64,000 bases of DNA from Candidatus Pampinifervens sinense (GCA_037927135.1 JAXSPP010000003.1:40373-104372), one strand, 5' to 3'; numbered from the stretch's first letter, positions 1-10,236 are shown. Numbers and translations: made by a program. The notes: generated by a model not told the origin, from the letters alone.

Positions 1-35
1 CTCCTTCCTTTTTGGAATATTTTAAAATAAAGCTT

Positions 36-482
36 ATGCTTACAATAGCCTTGGGGTCGGATCATGCGGGCTACTCCCTAAAGGAGAAGATAAAAGAGTT
101 TTTGCTTTCAAAGGGTTATAGGGTGCTTGACTTTGGCACTCAATCTACAGAATCTACAGACTATCCACTTTTTGCAAAGGAGGTGTGTCTCTCCATCCAA
201 AGGGGGGAGGCCCAAAGGGGCATCCTCATATGCGGTACTGGTATAGGCATGGCTATAACGGCCAACAAGTTCAAAGGCATTAGGGCAGCCTTATGTCTAA
301 ACGAGTATATGGCAAGGATGAGTAGGAAGCATAACGATGCCAATGTGTTATGTCTAGGAGATAGGGTCATAGGGGATGACCTGGCCCTCTCCATAGTAGA
401 AGCTTGGCTTTCCACCGACTTTGAAGGTGGAAGGCACGAAAGAAGGATAAGGCTTATAAAGGAGATAGAGGATATGCTATAA
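36..482 (+). CDS. rpiB: Ribose-5-phosphate isomerase B
   Basis: GSDHAG, CGTGIG, ANKFKGIRAA, HNDANVLCLG and FEGGRHERR motifs; ATG at 36 chosen, 7 nt after TAAAAT. Confidence 0.95.
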   Translation: MLTIALGSDHAGYSLKEKIKEFLLSKGYRVLDFGTQSTESTDYPLFAKEVCLSIQRGEAQRGILICGTGIGMAITANKFKGIRAALCLNEYMARMSRKHNDANVLCLGDRVIGDDLALSIVEAWLSTDFEGGRHERRIRLIKEIEDML

Positions 483-501
483 TACTCATAGGAGGCTGAT
501 T

Positions 502-942
502 ATGGATATACAGCAGGCCATGTATCCAAACTTCACCCTCTTTATTCAAATGGTGCTTTTCCTTGTTTTTGTAGCCTTGATAAGATTTCTTCTGGTGAGG
601 CCCTATTCACAGGTTATAGAGGAGAGGGAAAGGAGGATCCAAAGTAATCTGGAGGAGGCCACTAGGCTGAAGGAGGAGGCAAAAAGGTACTTGGAAGAGG
701 CCAAGGCCATTCTAGAAAAGGGAAGGGTTGAGTCAAACCAACTTTTAGATAGTGCCAGAAGGGAGGCAGAGAGGTTTAGGGCGGAGCTTATAGCCAAAGT
801 GGAGCAAGAGGTTCAAAGGGAAATAGGTAGGGCTGTGGAAGAGATAAAAAAGAGCCTAGAGGAGGAGAAGAGGAAGCTGGAAGAAAGGATAGGTGAGGTG
901 GTGGATCTCATTTCAAAGAAGGTTTTGGAGGAGGCGGCATGA
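502..942 (+). CDS. atpF: F0F1 ATP synthase subunit b' (b-type)
   Basis: N-terminal TM helix (PNFTLFIQMVLF) followed by a long charged coiled coil; precedes b and delta; GGAGG SD. Confidence 0.85.
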   Translation: MDIQQAMYPNFTLFIQMVLFLVFVALIRFLLVRPYSQVIEERERRIQSNLEEATRLKEEAKRYLEEAKAILEKGRVESNQLLDSARREAERFRAELIAKVEQEVQREIGRAVEEIKKSLEEEKRKLEERIGEVVDLISKKVLEEAA

Positions 943-1433
943 GCGAAGGACACCACACCATTGAACTCCTTTGGAAAGGCTTCAACATTCTACTCTTCCT
1001 TGGAATAGTCTATTACTTTGGAAGAAGGCCTATAGGCGAGGCTTTTAGTAAGTATTTTGTCGGTCTTACAGAAAGGCTCCTCTCTTCTGAGAAGGAACTA
1101 AAGGAGGCTCAAGAGGAGCTTCAAAGGGCAAAGGAAAGCTTACAGGATGCCAAAAGGAGGTATGAGGAACAGTTGAAGCTGGCCCAAGAGACAGCCAAGG
1201 CTATAAAGGAGGAAGAGGAGAGAAAGGCTTATGAGGTGGCAGGAAGGATAAGGGAGAAGGCTAAGGAGGTTATTGAGATAGAGCTAAAGAAGGCAAAGGA
1301 GGAGCTTGTACGCTATGGTGCAGAAAAGGCTTATACTTTGGCTGTGAATGTGCTGAAGGAAAGGTTTAAAGATGAGGAGGTTCAAAAGGCCTACATTGAA
1401 AAGTCCCTTAAAAGGTTGGAGGCTCAAAGATGA
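939..1433 (+). CDS. atpF: F0F1 ATP synthase subunit b
   Basis: LLWKGFNILLFLGIVYYF TM segment plus coiled coil; ATGA overlap with the previous gene. Confidence 0.85.
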   Translation: MSEGHHTIELLWKGFNILLFLGIVYYFGRRPIGEAFSKYFVGLTERLLSSEKELKEAQEELQRAKESLQDAKRRYEEQLKLAQETAKAIKEEEERKAYEVAGRIREKAKEVIEIELKKAKEELVRYGAEKAYTLAVNVLKERFKDEEVQKAYIEKSLKRLEAQR

Positions 1434-1966
1434 AGGCTAAGCCTGAGTTGGTAAGAAAGATAGCAAAAGCCCTACTAGAGAGGTCTGGGAAGGAAAGGGA
1501 AGAGCTTTTAAAGATCTCCCATCTTCTTGAGCTTATACATAAGCTTTACAAGTCTGAAAGGGACTTTAGGGGCTTTGTTTTGAACCCAAACATACCAAAG
1601 GAAAAAAAGCTTGAATTTATAAGGGAGCTCAGAAGAAGGTTTGGTGTAGGGGATAAGGTGGATGAGGTCTTTGACTACATGCTTGAGATAAACGCCATAC
1701 CATTTGTAGGTGAGGTCAAAAGGGTCTATGACCACGAGGTGGAAAAGCTTCTAAGACTCAGTAAGGCACTTTTGGTGCTTGCAAGGAAGGTGGATGAGGT
1801 GCATCTGGAGAGGATAAAGAAGGTTATAAAGGACTTTACTGGAAGGGACTATGATTTTGAAATAATGGAAGATCCAGAGCTTATAGGTGGCTTTGTCTTA
1901 AAGACATCAAGCTTTGTGTTGGATGCTTCTGTAAAGAGAAGCCTTGAGGCGATTCTAAGGAGCTGA
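1430..1966 (+). CDS. atpH: F0F1 ATP synthase subunit delta
   Basis: LNPNIPKEKK and C-terminal DPELIGGF...DASVK (OSCP/delta motif). Confidence 0.9.
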   Translation: MKAKPELVRKIAKALLERSGKEREELLKISHLLELIHKLYKSERDFRGFVLNPNIPKEKKLEFIRELRRRFGVGDKVDEVFDYMLEINAIPFVGEVKRVYDHEVEKLLRLSKALLVLARKVDEVHLERIKKVIKDFTGRDYDFEIMEDPELIGGFVLKTSSFVLDASVKRSLEAILRS

Positions 1967-1996
1967 TGTATAGCTCCTTTTGGAGGAGGTAAAAAG

Positions 1997-2419
1997 ATGG
2001 AGAGGACCCTTGTTATCATTAAGCCCGATGCCTTTGAAAAGGGTGCCACAGGCAAGATAATTGACAGGTTTATATCTGAAGGCTTCAAGATAAGAGCCTT
2101 GAAGCTCTTTAGGTTCACAAGGGAGCAGGCGGAGGGCTTTTATGCCGTTCATAGAGAGAGGCCCTTCTTTGGAGAGCTTGTAGAGTTTATGACATCGGGT
2201 CCTGTGGTTGCCATGGTGCTAGAAGGTGAGGATGCCATAAGGAGGGTAAGGGAGATAATAGGTCCAACGGATAGCAACGAGGCAAGGAAGGTGGCACCAA
2301 ACTCCATAAGAGCCCTCTTTGGCACAGACAAGGGCAAAAACGCCATCCACGCTTCCGATTCAAAAGAATCCGCAGACTACGAGATATCCTTTATCTTTTC
2401 ACAGCTTGAGATAGTCTGA
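1997..2419 (+). CDS. ndk: Nucleoside diphosphate kinase
   Basis: ERTLVIIKPDA, FMTSGPVV and NAIHASDS (phospho-His) motifs. Confidence 0.97.
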   Translation: MERTLVIIKPDAFEKGATGKIIDRFISEGFKIRALKLFRFTREQAEGFYAVHRERPFFGELVEFMTSGPVVAMVLEGEDAIRRVREIIGPTDSNEARKVAPNSIRALFGTDKGKNAIHASDSKESADYEISFIFSQLEIV

Positions 2420-3396
2420 AGGACAAGCTCTTTTAGGGCTTGTATATACAGAGGATGTGTTTGCAAGGTTGGTATCCTTATAAGCTCCACACCCCTTTCC
2501 CTTGCCATCCTTCCATAGAGGTAGTCAAGCTCATAGAGGGTTTCTGAGTGCTCGCAGGTAAAAGAAACTGGCACAAGGGCTATTTTCTTTACTCCAGACT
2601 CTATTAGCTTTTTCAAAAGGTCCTGTGTAAAGGGCTCAAGCCATTTGGTGGGCCCCACCTTACTTTGATAGCCTAAGGCATAGTCCACGCCTGGAAAGTG
2701 TTCCATTATGAGCCTTACAGTTTCTTCCGTTTGCCTTTGATATGGATCTCCTTCCCTTATGATGCTTATGGGAAGGCTGTGGGCCGTAAAGAGAAAGAAG
2801 AACTCTTGCCAATTGGGAAGGTTCTCCTTTATGTTTTCCACCATGGCCCTAATATAGGTAGGATGGTTATAATAGCAGTTTATCCTGTGCACTGGAATGT
2901 TTGAGGGATAAAAGTAAGGCCTCTCTTGCCCCTTTAGGGTGGTAAGGTTGAAGCTTTTCCCCCTTCCCACCATCCTTCTGAAGATCCTGTCAAACTCGTT
3001 AAAAGAGGATCCTGTAGTAGTTCTACTGTACTGTGGATAGAGGGGAAGGAGAACTATCCTCTCTATGGGATACATTAAGAGCTCCTTGAGTGCTTCTTCT
3101 GTGAGCGGATGCCAATACCTTAGGGCCACAACCACCTTATAGCCTTCTCCTAAAGCCTTTTGTAAGGCCTGAGCCTGTGCCTGTGTTTGCTCCCTTTGCG
3201 GAGACTTTCCACCCATAACCTCATAATAGTGTCTTGTCTTCTTTGCTCTAAGGAAGGATATGAGGTAAGCTATGGGCTTTTGAATAGGCCTTGGTATCCT
3301 TATAATGTCGTGGTCGGAAAAGAGGTTGTACAAAAAGGGCCTCACAGCGGAGAGGCTATCGGGACCACCCATATTAAAGAGGACCACACCTATCAT
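2377..3396 (-). CDS. hemH: Ferrochelatase
   Basis: NMGGP, GGKSP, LYPQYS.TTTGSS, FTAHSLP, GDPY and EHSETLYELD motifs. Confidence 0.95.
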   Translation of the reverse strand: MIGVVLFNMGGPDSLSAVRPFLYNLFSDHDIIRIPRPIQKPIAYLISFLRAKKTRHYYEVMGGKSPQREQTQAQAQALQKALGEGYKVVVALRYWHPLTEEALKELLMYPIERIVLLPLYPQYSRTTTGSSFNEFDRIFRRMVGRGKSFNLTTLKGQERPYFYPSNIPVHRINCYYNHPTYIRAMVENIKENLPNWQEFFFLFTAHSLPISIIREGDPYQRQTEETVRLIMEHFPGVDYALGYQSKVGPTKWLEPFTQDLLKKLIESGVKKIALVPVSFTCEHSETLYELDYLYGRMARERGVELIRIPTLQTHPLYIQALKELVLQTISSCEKIKDIS

Positions 3397-3403
3397 GGAA
3401 AGA

Positions 3404-4129
3404 TTATAAAAGCTCTCTGAGGTCTATCTTTCCTTCGTATATGGCCTTTCCAACCACCACACCTTCAACAACATCCACAAGCCTGTATATGTCCTCCAAG
3501 CTTGCCACACCACCAGAGGCAAGCACTGGCTTATTTACAAATCTTTTAAACTCCCTATAGGGCTCCGCATCCACACCCTCCAGCGTTCCATCCCTTTCTA
3601 TATTGGTATAAAGGTAGCCCCATATGGGCTTTTGGTCGTATTTTAGTGCAAGGTCTTCTGGCCTCAGAGCACTTTCCTCCCTCCATCCACCCACAGCCAC
3701 CTTTCCACCCTTTGAATCCACCGCAAGTATAACCCTCTCCGGAAACTCACAGAGGATCTCTTCAAAAGCTCCAGGATCCTTCACAGCCAACGTGCCTATC
3801 ACAAAAAGGTCCACACCTTCCTCCCTTAACATCCTACAGCTTTTTAGGCTCCTTATACCACCACCCACTTCAACGATGCCAGAAAAAGCTTTCCTTATGG
3901 ATCTTATGGCTTTGAGGTTTACCGGAAGGCCCTCAAGACTCCCATCTAGATCTACCACGTGTATCCTTCTAAAACCCAAATCTTCAAAAAACTTTGCCAT
4001 ATCTTCTGGAGAGGTGGAATAAACCTTTGTCTTGGCAAAATCACCTTTAAAAAGTCTCACCACCTTTCCCTCTTTTAGGTCAATGGCTGGGATCAAAAAA
4101 GCCTTTAAACTCTCCTTTCCTGGCCTCAA
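3404..4129 (-). CDS. hisA: ProFAR isomerase (histidine biosynthesis)
   Basis: IPAIDLKEGKVVRL, HVVDLDG, GGGIRS, DGTLEG and ASGGV motifs; TTG start uncertain. Confidence 0.93.
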   Translation of the reverse strand: MRPGKESLKAFLIPAIDLKEGKVVRLFKGDFAKTKVYSTSPEDMAKFFEDLGFRRIHVVDLDGSLEGLPVNLKAIRSIRKAFSGIVEVGGGIRSLKSCRMLREEGVDLFVIGTLAVKDPGAFEEILCEFPERVILAVDSKGGKVAVGGWREESALRPEDLALKYDQKPIWGYLYTNIERDGTLEGVDAEPYREFKRFVNKPVLASGGVASLEDIYRLVDVVEGVVVGKAIYEGKIDLRELL

Positions 4130-4146
4130 GGTTTAGAATATTATAA

Positions 4147-4683
4147 ATGAAGGAGATAAGGTCTACCACCATTCTGGCGGTCAGAAGGGATAACATAACC
4201 GTTATGGGCGGGGATGGTCAGGTTACCCTTGGCTCCTCCGTTATAAAGCACAGGGCCAAAAAGATAAGGAAGCTTTACAAAGATACCGTTTTGGTAGGCT
4301 TTGCAGGCTCTGCAGCCGATGGACTTGCCCTTATGGAAAGGCTTGAGGCAAAGCTGGAGGAGTTCAGAGGAAATCTTCTGAGGGCATGTGTGGAGCTTGC
4401 AAAGGACTGGAGGATGGACAGAAGCCTAAGAAGGCTAGAGGCTCTACTTTTGGTAGCGGATAGGGAACACATGTATCTACTTTCTGGAAACGGTGATGTG
4501 ATAGAGCCAGATGAGCCCGTGCTTGCCATAGGTTCTGGTGGGGACTATGCTAGGGCAAGCGCCTTAGCCCTCTACCGAAACACCAATATGTCCGCAGAGG
4601 AGATAGTGAAAGAATCTCTAAGGATAGCGGGGGAGATATGCATATACACCAACCAAAACTTTATCATTGAAAAGCTGGAGTAA
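4147..4683 (+). CDS. hslV: ATP-dependent protease HslVU, peptidase subunit
   Basis: Short propeptide then TTILAV; GDGQVTLG, GFAGSAAD, IGSGG and ICIYTN motifs. Confidence 0.96.
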   Translation: MKEIRSTTILAVRRDNITVMGGDGQVTLGSSVIKHRAKKIRKLYKDTVLVGFAGSAADGLALMERLEAKLEEFRGNLLRACVELAKDWRMDRSLRRLEALLLVADREHMYLLSGNGDVIEPDEPVLAIGSGGDYARASALALYRNTNMSAEEIVKESLRIAGEICIYTNQNFIIEKLE

Positions 4684-4693
4684 AATTTTATCC

Positions 4694-6121
4694 ATGTTTA
4701 AAAAGGTTCTGATAGCCAACAGAGGAGAGGTGGCCCTAAGGATAATAAGGGCCTGTGAAGAGCTTGGAATAAGAACGGCAGCCATATACTCTGAAGCGGA
4801 TACAAAATCCTTGTATGTGAAAAAGGCAGATGAAGCCTATTTGATCCCTGGTGACCCTATCAGAGCTTACCTTGATTATGTGAGGATAGTGGACCTTGCC
4901 AAATCTATAGGTGCCGATGCTATACATCCAGGCTATGGCTTTTTGGCTGAGAATGCAGACTTTGCAAGATACTGTGAAAAGAGGGGAATAACCTTTATAG
5001 GACCATCACCGGAGCATATAGAGCTCTTTGGAGATAAGGTAAAGGCGAAGAAAGCTATGGAGAAGCTTGGCATACCCACCATACCCGGCTCTCCAGAGCC
5101 TCTTAGAAACTATGAGGACGCCCTGCACTACGCAAGGGAGATAGGCCTGCCTGTAATACTCAAGGCTGCGTACGGTGGTGGGGGAAGGGGTATGAGGGTT
5201 ATAAGGAGTCTTGAGGAGCTTCCAAGGCTTTTTGAGTCGGCATACAGGGAAGCGGAAACCTTCTTTGGAAAGGGAGATCTGTTTCTAGAGAAATACCTTG
5301 ACAATCCAAAGCACATAGAAGTTCAAATCATAGGCGACAAGTACGGCAATGTGGTCCATCTTGGTGAAAGGGACTGTTCTGTCCAAAGGAAGCATCAAAA
5401 GATCATAGAAGTCACACCCTGCCCAGTTCTTCCAAAGGACCTAAGGCAGAAGATGCTTGGATTGAGCGTTAAGGCCATGATGCAAGTGGGCTACTATAGT
5501 GCAGGCACCCTTGAGTTTTTGGTGGACCTCAAAAATAAAGAGTTTTACTTTATAGAGATGAACACGCGCCTTCAGGTGGAGCACACCATAACGGAGATGG
5601 TTACAGGTATAGACATTGTGGAAACTATGATAAGGGTAGCCATGGGCGAACCTCTACCCTTTACCCAAAGCGATATAACCTTTAGGGGCTATGCCATAGA
5701 GTTTAGAATAAACGCAGAAGATCCAAAAAGGAACTTTGCTCCTGCACCAGGGAAAATAACGGCCTACTACTCGCCCGGTGGGCCTGGTGTAAGGATGGAT
5801 GCGGGCGTGTATAAGGACTACGTTATACCACCCTATTATGATTCTATGATAGCAAAGCTTAGCGTTTGGGCCCTAACATGGGACAGGGTTTTGGCTAGGG
5901 CAAGAAGGGCCATAGACGAGTTTATAATAAGGGGAGTCCCTACCAATATACCCCTTCACAGGGAAATAATAAGGGATCCAGACTTTATCTCTGGCTACTT
6001 TGGCATAAGGTTCCTTGAGGAGAAGCTACCTACCTATGACTTTGAGATTGAGGGAGAGAGGGATCCAGAAACCCTTGCCCTAGCCCTTTCAGCGGCCATA
6101 GCAGCCTATTACGGACTGTAA
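4694..6121 (+). CDS. pycA: Biotin carboxylase subunit, pyruvate carboxylase subunit A type (an AccC or 2-oxoglutarate carboxylase paralogue is not excluded)
   Basis: ANRGE, HPGYGFLAEN, GGGGRG, ERDCS.QR, EMNTRLQVEH and YYDSMIAK motifs; C-terminal AAIAAYYGL tail typical of two-subunit carboxylases. Confidence 0.8.
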   Translation: MFKKVLIANRGEVALRIIRACEELGIRTAAIYSEADTKSLYVKKADEAYLIPGDPIRAYLDYVRIVDLAKSIGADAIHPGYGFLAENADFARYCEKRGITFIGPSPEHIELFGDKVKAKKAMEKLGIPTIPGSPEPLRNYEDALHYAREIGLPVILKAAYGGGGRGMRVIRSLEELPRLFESAYREAETFFGKGDLFLEKYLDNPKHIEVQIIGDKYGNVVHLGERDCSVQRKHQKIIEVTPCPVLPKDLRQKMLGLSVKAMMQVGYYSAGTLEFLVDLKNKEFYFIEMNTRLQVEHTITEMVTGIDIVETMIRVAMGEPLPFTQSDITFRGYAIEFRINAEDPKRNFAPAPGKITAYYSPGGPGVRMDAGVYKDYVIPPYYDSMIAKLSVWALTWDRVLARARRAIDEFIIRGVPTNIPLHREIIRDPDFISGYFGIRFLEEKLPTYDFEIEGERDPETLALALSAAIAAYYGL

Positions 6122-6855
6122 TCTATGCTCACCCCCTTGCTTTCAAATCCAAGGGGATTTATAACCTTTACAGTGAACGTGGTCCTATCCTTAGGCAAAG
6201 GAAGTTCAAAGGAATAGCCCACCGTCCTTCCCACCTCTTTTCCCTTCTCATACACCACAAACTCCCTGTATTCATCCCTATAGAACCAAACAAGGTAAAG
6301 CTTACCTTCCCCCACTCTAACTTCAAGATCCTCCACATCCTTCACCAAGGGTGGTAGTTTGGGCTTTACGCAAAGTTTTACTGGATCACTCTCCAAAGGA
6401 CCCTTTACCCCAGTAATGGCAAAACACCTCTCCCAGTAATCCCTCTCAATATGGACCCTATCCCTAAAATCTTTGGCCTCTTCCAAGTCTATGTTCTCCT
6501 CTTTTACAGGATATATCCTGTAAGAATCAAAGCCAAAGGCTCTTAACTCTATACCATCCTTATCTTCCTTTACACTCAAAGATGGCCTTTCTTCCAGCCT
6601 ACCTTCTACGCAAAACTTACGAGACTTGCCACCCACCCTTTCCACAGAAAAGCAAAAGGCCTCCCTATTCTCCTTAACCCAGTAGCTTCCCCTCCTTTCA
6701 AACTCCCTTACCCTTACCTCTCCAGAAAGGCTTTTAACATATACCCTATCACCTATCCTCCTTATCCATACCTCAGGCTCTTTCAATACTTCCGGATTGG
6801 CCTTTATACCACAGCCTGCGGAAAAAAGGGTGATAAGGAGAAGGCCTTTTTTCAT
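6109..6855 (-). CDS. Lipoprotein of unknown function, beta-rich (possible FN3-like domains)
   Basis: Signal peptide with lipobox FSAG^C; C-terminal FTVKVINPLGFES resembles an FN3 terminal strand. Confidence 0.7.
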   Translation of the reverse strand: MKKGLLLITLFSAGCGIKANPEVLKEPEVWIRRIGDRVYVKSLSGEVRVREFERRGSYWVKENREAFCFSVERVGGKSRKFCVEGRLEERPSLSVKEDKDGIELRAFGFDSYRIYPVKEENIDLEEAKDFRDRVHIERDYWERCFAITGVKGPLESDPVKLCVKPKLPPLVKDVEDLEVRVGEGKLYLVWFYRDEYREFVVYEKGKEVGRTVGYSFELPLPKDRTTFTVKVINPLGFESKGVSIDYSP

Positions 6856-7169
6856 CTTGGTGGGCCAGATTCCTTTTCATAAGGCCACACCAGTATACCA
6901 CCAGCCAGGTTATAAGCTTCATAGCCCATATGCCTGAGGAAGTAGGTGGCAAAGGCACTTCTCTCTCCACTCCTACAGTAGACTATATAAACCTTATCCT
7001 TAGGCAAGTCTTTGTAAGCATACCTTAGCTCATCAAGCGGTATAAGTATGGAGTTTGGTATTCTAAGCTGTACATGCTCTTGAGGTGTTCTCACATCCAA
7101 AAGGACCACATTCTCCTTCTGTAACATCTCCTTAGCTTCCTGTGGGCTTATTTCTGGCACCTGAAACAT
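6852..7169 (-). CDS. Single-domain rhodanese (sulfurtransferase)
   Basis: LLDVRTPQE, IVYCRSGERS active-site loop, NLAGGI..W. Confidence 0.9.
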   Translation of the reverse strand: MFQVPEISPQEAKEMLQKENVVLLDVRTPQEHVQLRIPNSILIPLDELRYAYKDLPKDKVYIVYCRSGERSAFATYFLRHMGYEAYNLAGGILVWPYEKESGPPR

Positions 7170-7187
7170 GCTTACCTCCTTTGGTAT

Positions 7188-8396
7188 TTAATTATATTCT
7201 AAAACTCTAAATGGATCTCTGCCCGCTAAGTTAAACAACCTTGCCCAAAAAAGCAGTAGTTTATACTTTGCTTCCATCACCTGCCTTTCGGCTTCACTCT
7301 TTTCCGCCATAGCATATCCAAGATCAAAGGCCAATTCCAGCTCATACTCAGACCTTTTAAGCATCAGATTTTCCTCAGCAAACCTGTCTTTAGTTATAGC
7401 CTCCGTCCATTTGGCCTTCAGATACTCCCACTCGTAAGGTGCAGAGAAGAATATCAGACCTATACTTTGCTCCAAAGCCTCCTTCTCTTTTTGAACCATA
7501 CCTTTCAACGCAACAAGATACTCAACCTTATAGGGCCTTCCCCAGTCGTAAATAGGCGTATATACCTCCAACCCACTCTTATCGGTGGATATTTTTAAAT
7601 TTACCTTGGGTGCTATGGTTTGTTTTGCGGATTTTATCTCCTCTTCATAGCTAGCTATCTCTAAATTTTTAAGCCTTATGCTTGTATTGCCCTTTAAGGC
7701 TTCAGCCTTTAGCTTTGAAAAGTCTTCTAGAAGTTTTTCCGGTTCTTCAAAAGGTAGATCTTTTAGCTCCACAAAGGTTTCGTAAGGTATGCCGGCTAGC
7801 TGTTTTATCTGAAGAAGTACTTGGTTATACATATGCTGTGCATAAAAAAGCTCAGCCCTCTTCTCCCTGTATACACTCTCCAACCTTAATACCTCGTGAT
7901 CTGTAGAAAGTCCTAAAGCCTTCTTCTCTCTGGCTCTGTCAAAGCGCACATAAGCTATGGCCATCTCCTCCCTCTTTACCTCCGCAAGCTTCTTGTAAAG
8001 ATGGGCTTCTGTAAACAGCTGCAAAATCTTAAGCTGTATATCTCTGTATAACTGTTCTAACATCAGATTAGCTATGTCCCTTTTTATCTTTGCCACTTCA
8101 ATCCTAGCTTTAGTCTTTTGAAATTCATAGATAGTGCTTACTACAGAAAGGTTGAAGTCAGTTCTAGCTTTTCTATCGTATAGATCATACAATAAAGATC
8201 CTCCAACATAAACAGTTGGTAGATAAAACTTCCTTGCCAACTCATAATCTATGTTTAACGATCTTATCTGCTCTAGCAGTCTTTGTATATCTCTATTATT
8301 TTTCAATGCAAGTTCATAAACTTTCCTATAGTCAAGGGTTAAAACCTCTTGCGCAAAAGAGAAGTTTAAAAGAAGGTATAGAACGAAAAATATCAT
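7188..8396 (-). CDS. TolC-family outer membrane efflux protein
   Basis: Signal peptide, ALKNN, repeated coiled-coil/beta pattern (YLPTV, IAPKVNL, TPIYDWG). Confidence 0.75.
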   Translation of the reverse strand: MIFFVLYLLLNFSFAQEVLTLDYRKVYELALKNNRDIQRLLEQIRSLNIDYELARKFYLPTVYVGGSLLYDLYDRKARTDFNLSVVSTIYEFQKTKARIEVAKIKRDIANLMLEQLYRDIQLKILQLFTEAHLYKKLAEVKREEMAIAYVRFDRAREKKALGLSTDHEVLRLESVYREKRAELFYAQHMYNQVLLQIKQLAGIPYETFVELKDLPFEEPEKLLEDFSKLKAEALKGNTSIRLKNLEIASYEEEIKSAKQTIAPKVNLKISTDKSGLEVYTPIYDWGRPYKVEYLVALKGMVQKEKEALEQSIGLIFFSAPYEWEYLKAKWTEAITKDRFAEENLMLKRSEYELELAFDLGYAMAEKSEAERQVMEAKYKLLLFWARLFNLAGRDPFRVLEYN

Positions 8397-8890
8397 CTTC
8401 CTTTGTTTTCTTTAAGGAACTGGATGAGGTTTTTGTTCTTGTAATGCCCCTCAACCACATACCTACCTATTAAGATAAACTCCTTAGGTTCTATGTAACC
8501 TGGCACCTTCAATACCACCTTCCCTTCCTTATCAAAGAACATAAAGACAGGAGTCAACCTTATACCATGCTTTAAGGCAAACTGTCGTTCTGTTAGCTTT
8601 TTTCCATCAAGATCTATCACTTCATTAGAACCTCTTATATCTATTTCAATCATGTAAAAATGCTTTGTATAGTATTCTTGAACAGCTCTATCTTGGAAGG
8701 TTATCCTTCTCATCTTATCGCAGAAAGGGCAACCTTCTTGATGGAACATTATGAAAAGAAACTTATTATTCCTTCTTGCCTCCTCTAAATCTTCTTTAAG
8801 GTTTAAAAAGGAAGGTTTAAGAAAGGGTATAACTTCTGCGCAGAGGGCAAATACAGGTAGTAGAAGTATCAGTATAAAAGGCTTCATCAC
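8393..8890 (-). CDS. Periplasmic thioredoxin-family protein (SoxW-like)
   Basis: Signal peptide, GCPFC CxxC motif, cis-Pro loop LTP, PGY. Confidence 0.8.
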   Translation of the reverse strand: MMKPFILILLLPVFALCAEVIPFLKPSFLNLKEDLEEARRNNKFLFIMFHQEGCPFCDKMRRITFQDRAVQEYYTKHFYMIEIDIRGSNEVIDLDGKKLTERQFALKHGIRLTPVFMFFDKEGKVVLKVPGYIEPKEFILIGRYVVEGHYKNKNLIQFLKENKGR

Positions 8891-9273
8891 ATTACCTCCT
8901 TAATTCTGTCTTCCCTCTCCAATATATCAATGATCCTTACACCAAATTTATCTTCTATTATAACTATCTCTCCTTTGGCCACAAGCTTTCCGTTCACCTT
9001 TATATCAACAGGAGTTTCTACATTTTGATCTAGCTCAACGATTGATCCAGAATCCAATTGTAGCAGTTCTCCTAGGGTGAGGACCGTGGATCCAATTACC
9101 ACTTCTACATGCAGTGGTATGTCTAAAAACCTCTTTAGCTTGTCCGGCAGTTCTTCTTGTTTTTCCTCCTTCTTTGTCTCTTGCCTTTGCTCCTCTTTTT
9201 TGGATGCTTCCTCCTGCTCTTTTAAAGCAGAAGCCCACATCTCCATAATATCCTCTTGCTTTTGTTCCTCCAT
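8887..9273 (-). CDS. fliN: Flagellar motor switch protein FliN
   Basis: SpoA domain LDIPLHVEVVIG...VNGKLVAKGEIV...FGVRI. Confidence 0.93.
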   Translation of the reverse strand: MEEQKQEDIMEMWASALKEQEEASKKEEQRQETKKEEKQEELPDKLKRFLDIPLHVEVVIGSTVLTLGELLQLDSGSIVELDQNVETPVDIKVNGKLVAKGEIVIIEDKFGVRIIDILEREDRIKEVM

Positions 9274-9274
9274 C

Positions 9275-10231
9275 CTAGTCCTCCTTTTCTATATGCTTAT
9301 ATATCTTCACAGCCTTTTTTTTGCCAAGCTGACCAAGGAAGGCTAGAAACTTTGGCACACCCTCCACTCTGACTTTTAAAGGACCCTTTACCGAACTATC
9401 AAGCGTTATCGTATCTCCTACCTCTAGCTCAAGTAGTTTTTTAAAACTTATCTGAGTTTCTCCAAGTATAACCTCAAGCCTCAAGGGTATCCTTTGAAAC
9501 ACTTCAACAGTATTTTGATTAAATCTAGACCTTATTTCTGTTGCTCCTTTTAGCAAATCCTTAAAAGGTGCTATTGAAGCTTCGGGAATAGCCAGGTATA
9601 TGTAGCCTTCACTCCCTTCCACGATCAAAGTCAGTTTCAGTAGTATAAACTTTTCCTTTGATCGTGCCACAGTCAGTAAGGTGGGGTTTGTCTCTATGCT
9701 CAGAGGTACTATCTTCACCTTCATTACAGTATTCCAAGCAAGCTCTAACTCTTGATAGCACAAGTTCAATAGCTTCTGGATAAATCTCATTTCAATCCTT
9801 GTAAACTCTTTACCCTCTATCTTGTATTGCCTAATGCTTCCACCAAAAACACTGCTTATCACTATATATATCAACCTTGGGTCTATGGCCAACAGGCATT
9901 GGCCCCTTAACGGTTCAATGTTAAAGATGCCTATGGCACATGGTAAGGGTAGCTTTGATACAAAATCACCAAACCTCACAATACCAACGCTTTCCTTGAA
10001 GATGTCTGGTATGGTAACAATAAGAGATGTTAAACCTTTTCTTAACCCGTTTATCCATCTTTCAAAGATAAGCTCAAGGCCCGCTATCCTACCCGCTGAT
10101 ATGTGTTCAAAGAGTGTAAGGTCTAGGGGTTTTACCTTCTCCTCTTCTACTACTGTTTCCTTTCTTTCTTCCTTTCCTAGGGTTTGAAGAAGTAGGTTTA
10201 TTTCCTCTTGGCTAAGGATTTCGTCCGCCAT
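9275..10231 (-). CDS. fliM: Flagellar motor switch protein FliM
   Basis: N-terminal ILSQEEINLLL CheY-P-binding motif, FGG, EFTRIE, C-terminal SpoA domain. Confidence 0.92.
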   Translation of the reverse strand: MADEILSQEEINLLLQTLGKEERKETVVEEEKVKPLDLTLFEHISAGRIAGLELIFERWINGLRKGLTSLIVTIPDIFKESVGIVRFGDFVSKLPLPCAIGIFNIEPLRGQCLLAIDPRLIYIVISSVFGGSIRQYKIEGKEFTRIEMRFIQKLLNLCYQELELAWNTVMKVKIVPLSIETNPTLLTVARSKEKFILLKLTLIVEGSEGYIYLAIPEASIAPFKDLLKGATEIRSRFNQNTVEVFQRIPLRLEVILGETQISFKKLLELEVGDTITLDSSVKGPLKVRVEGVPKFLAFLGQLGKKKAVKIYKHIEKED

Positions 10232-10236
10232 GTCTA

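Noticed and set aside
502..2419. ATP synthase genes b', b and delta followed by ndk rather than alpha
   Set aside because: A fragmented atp operon is already known in Aquificaceae; not novel
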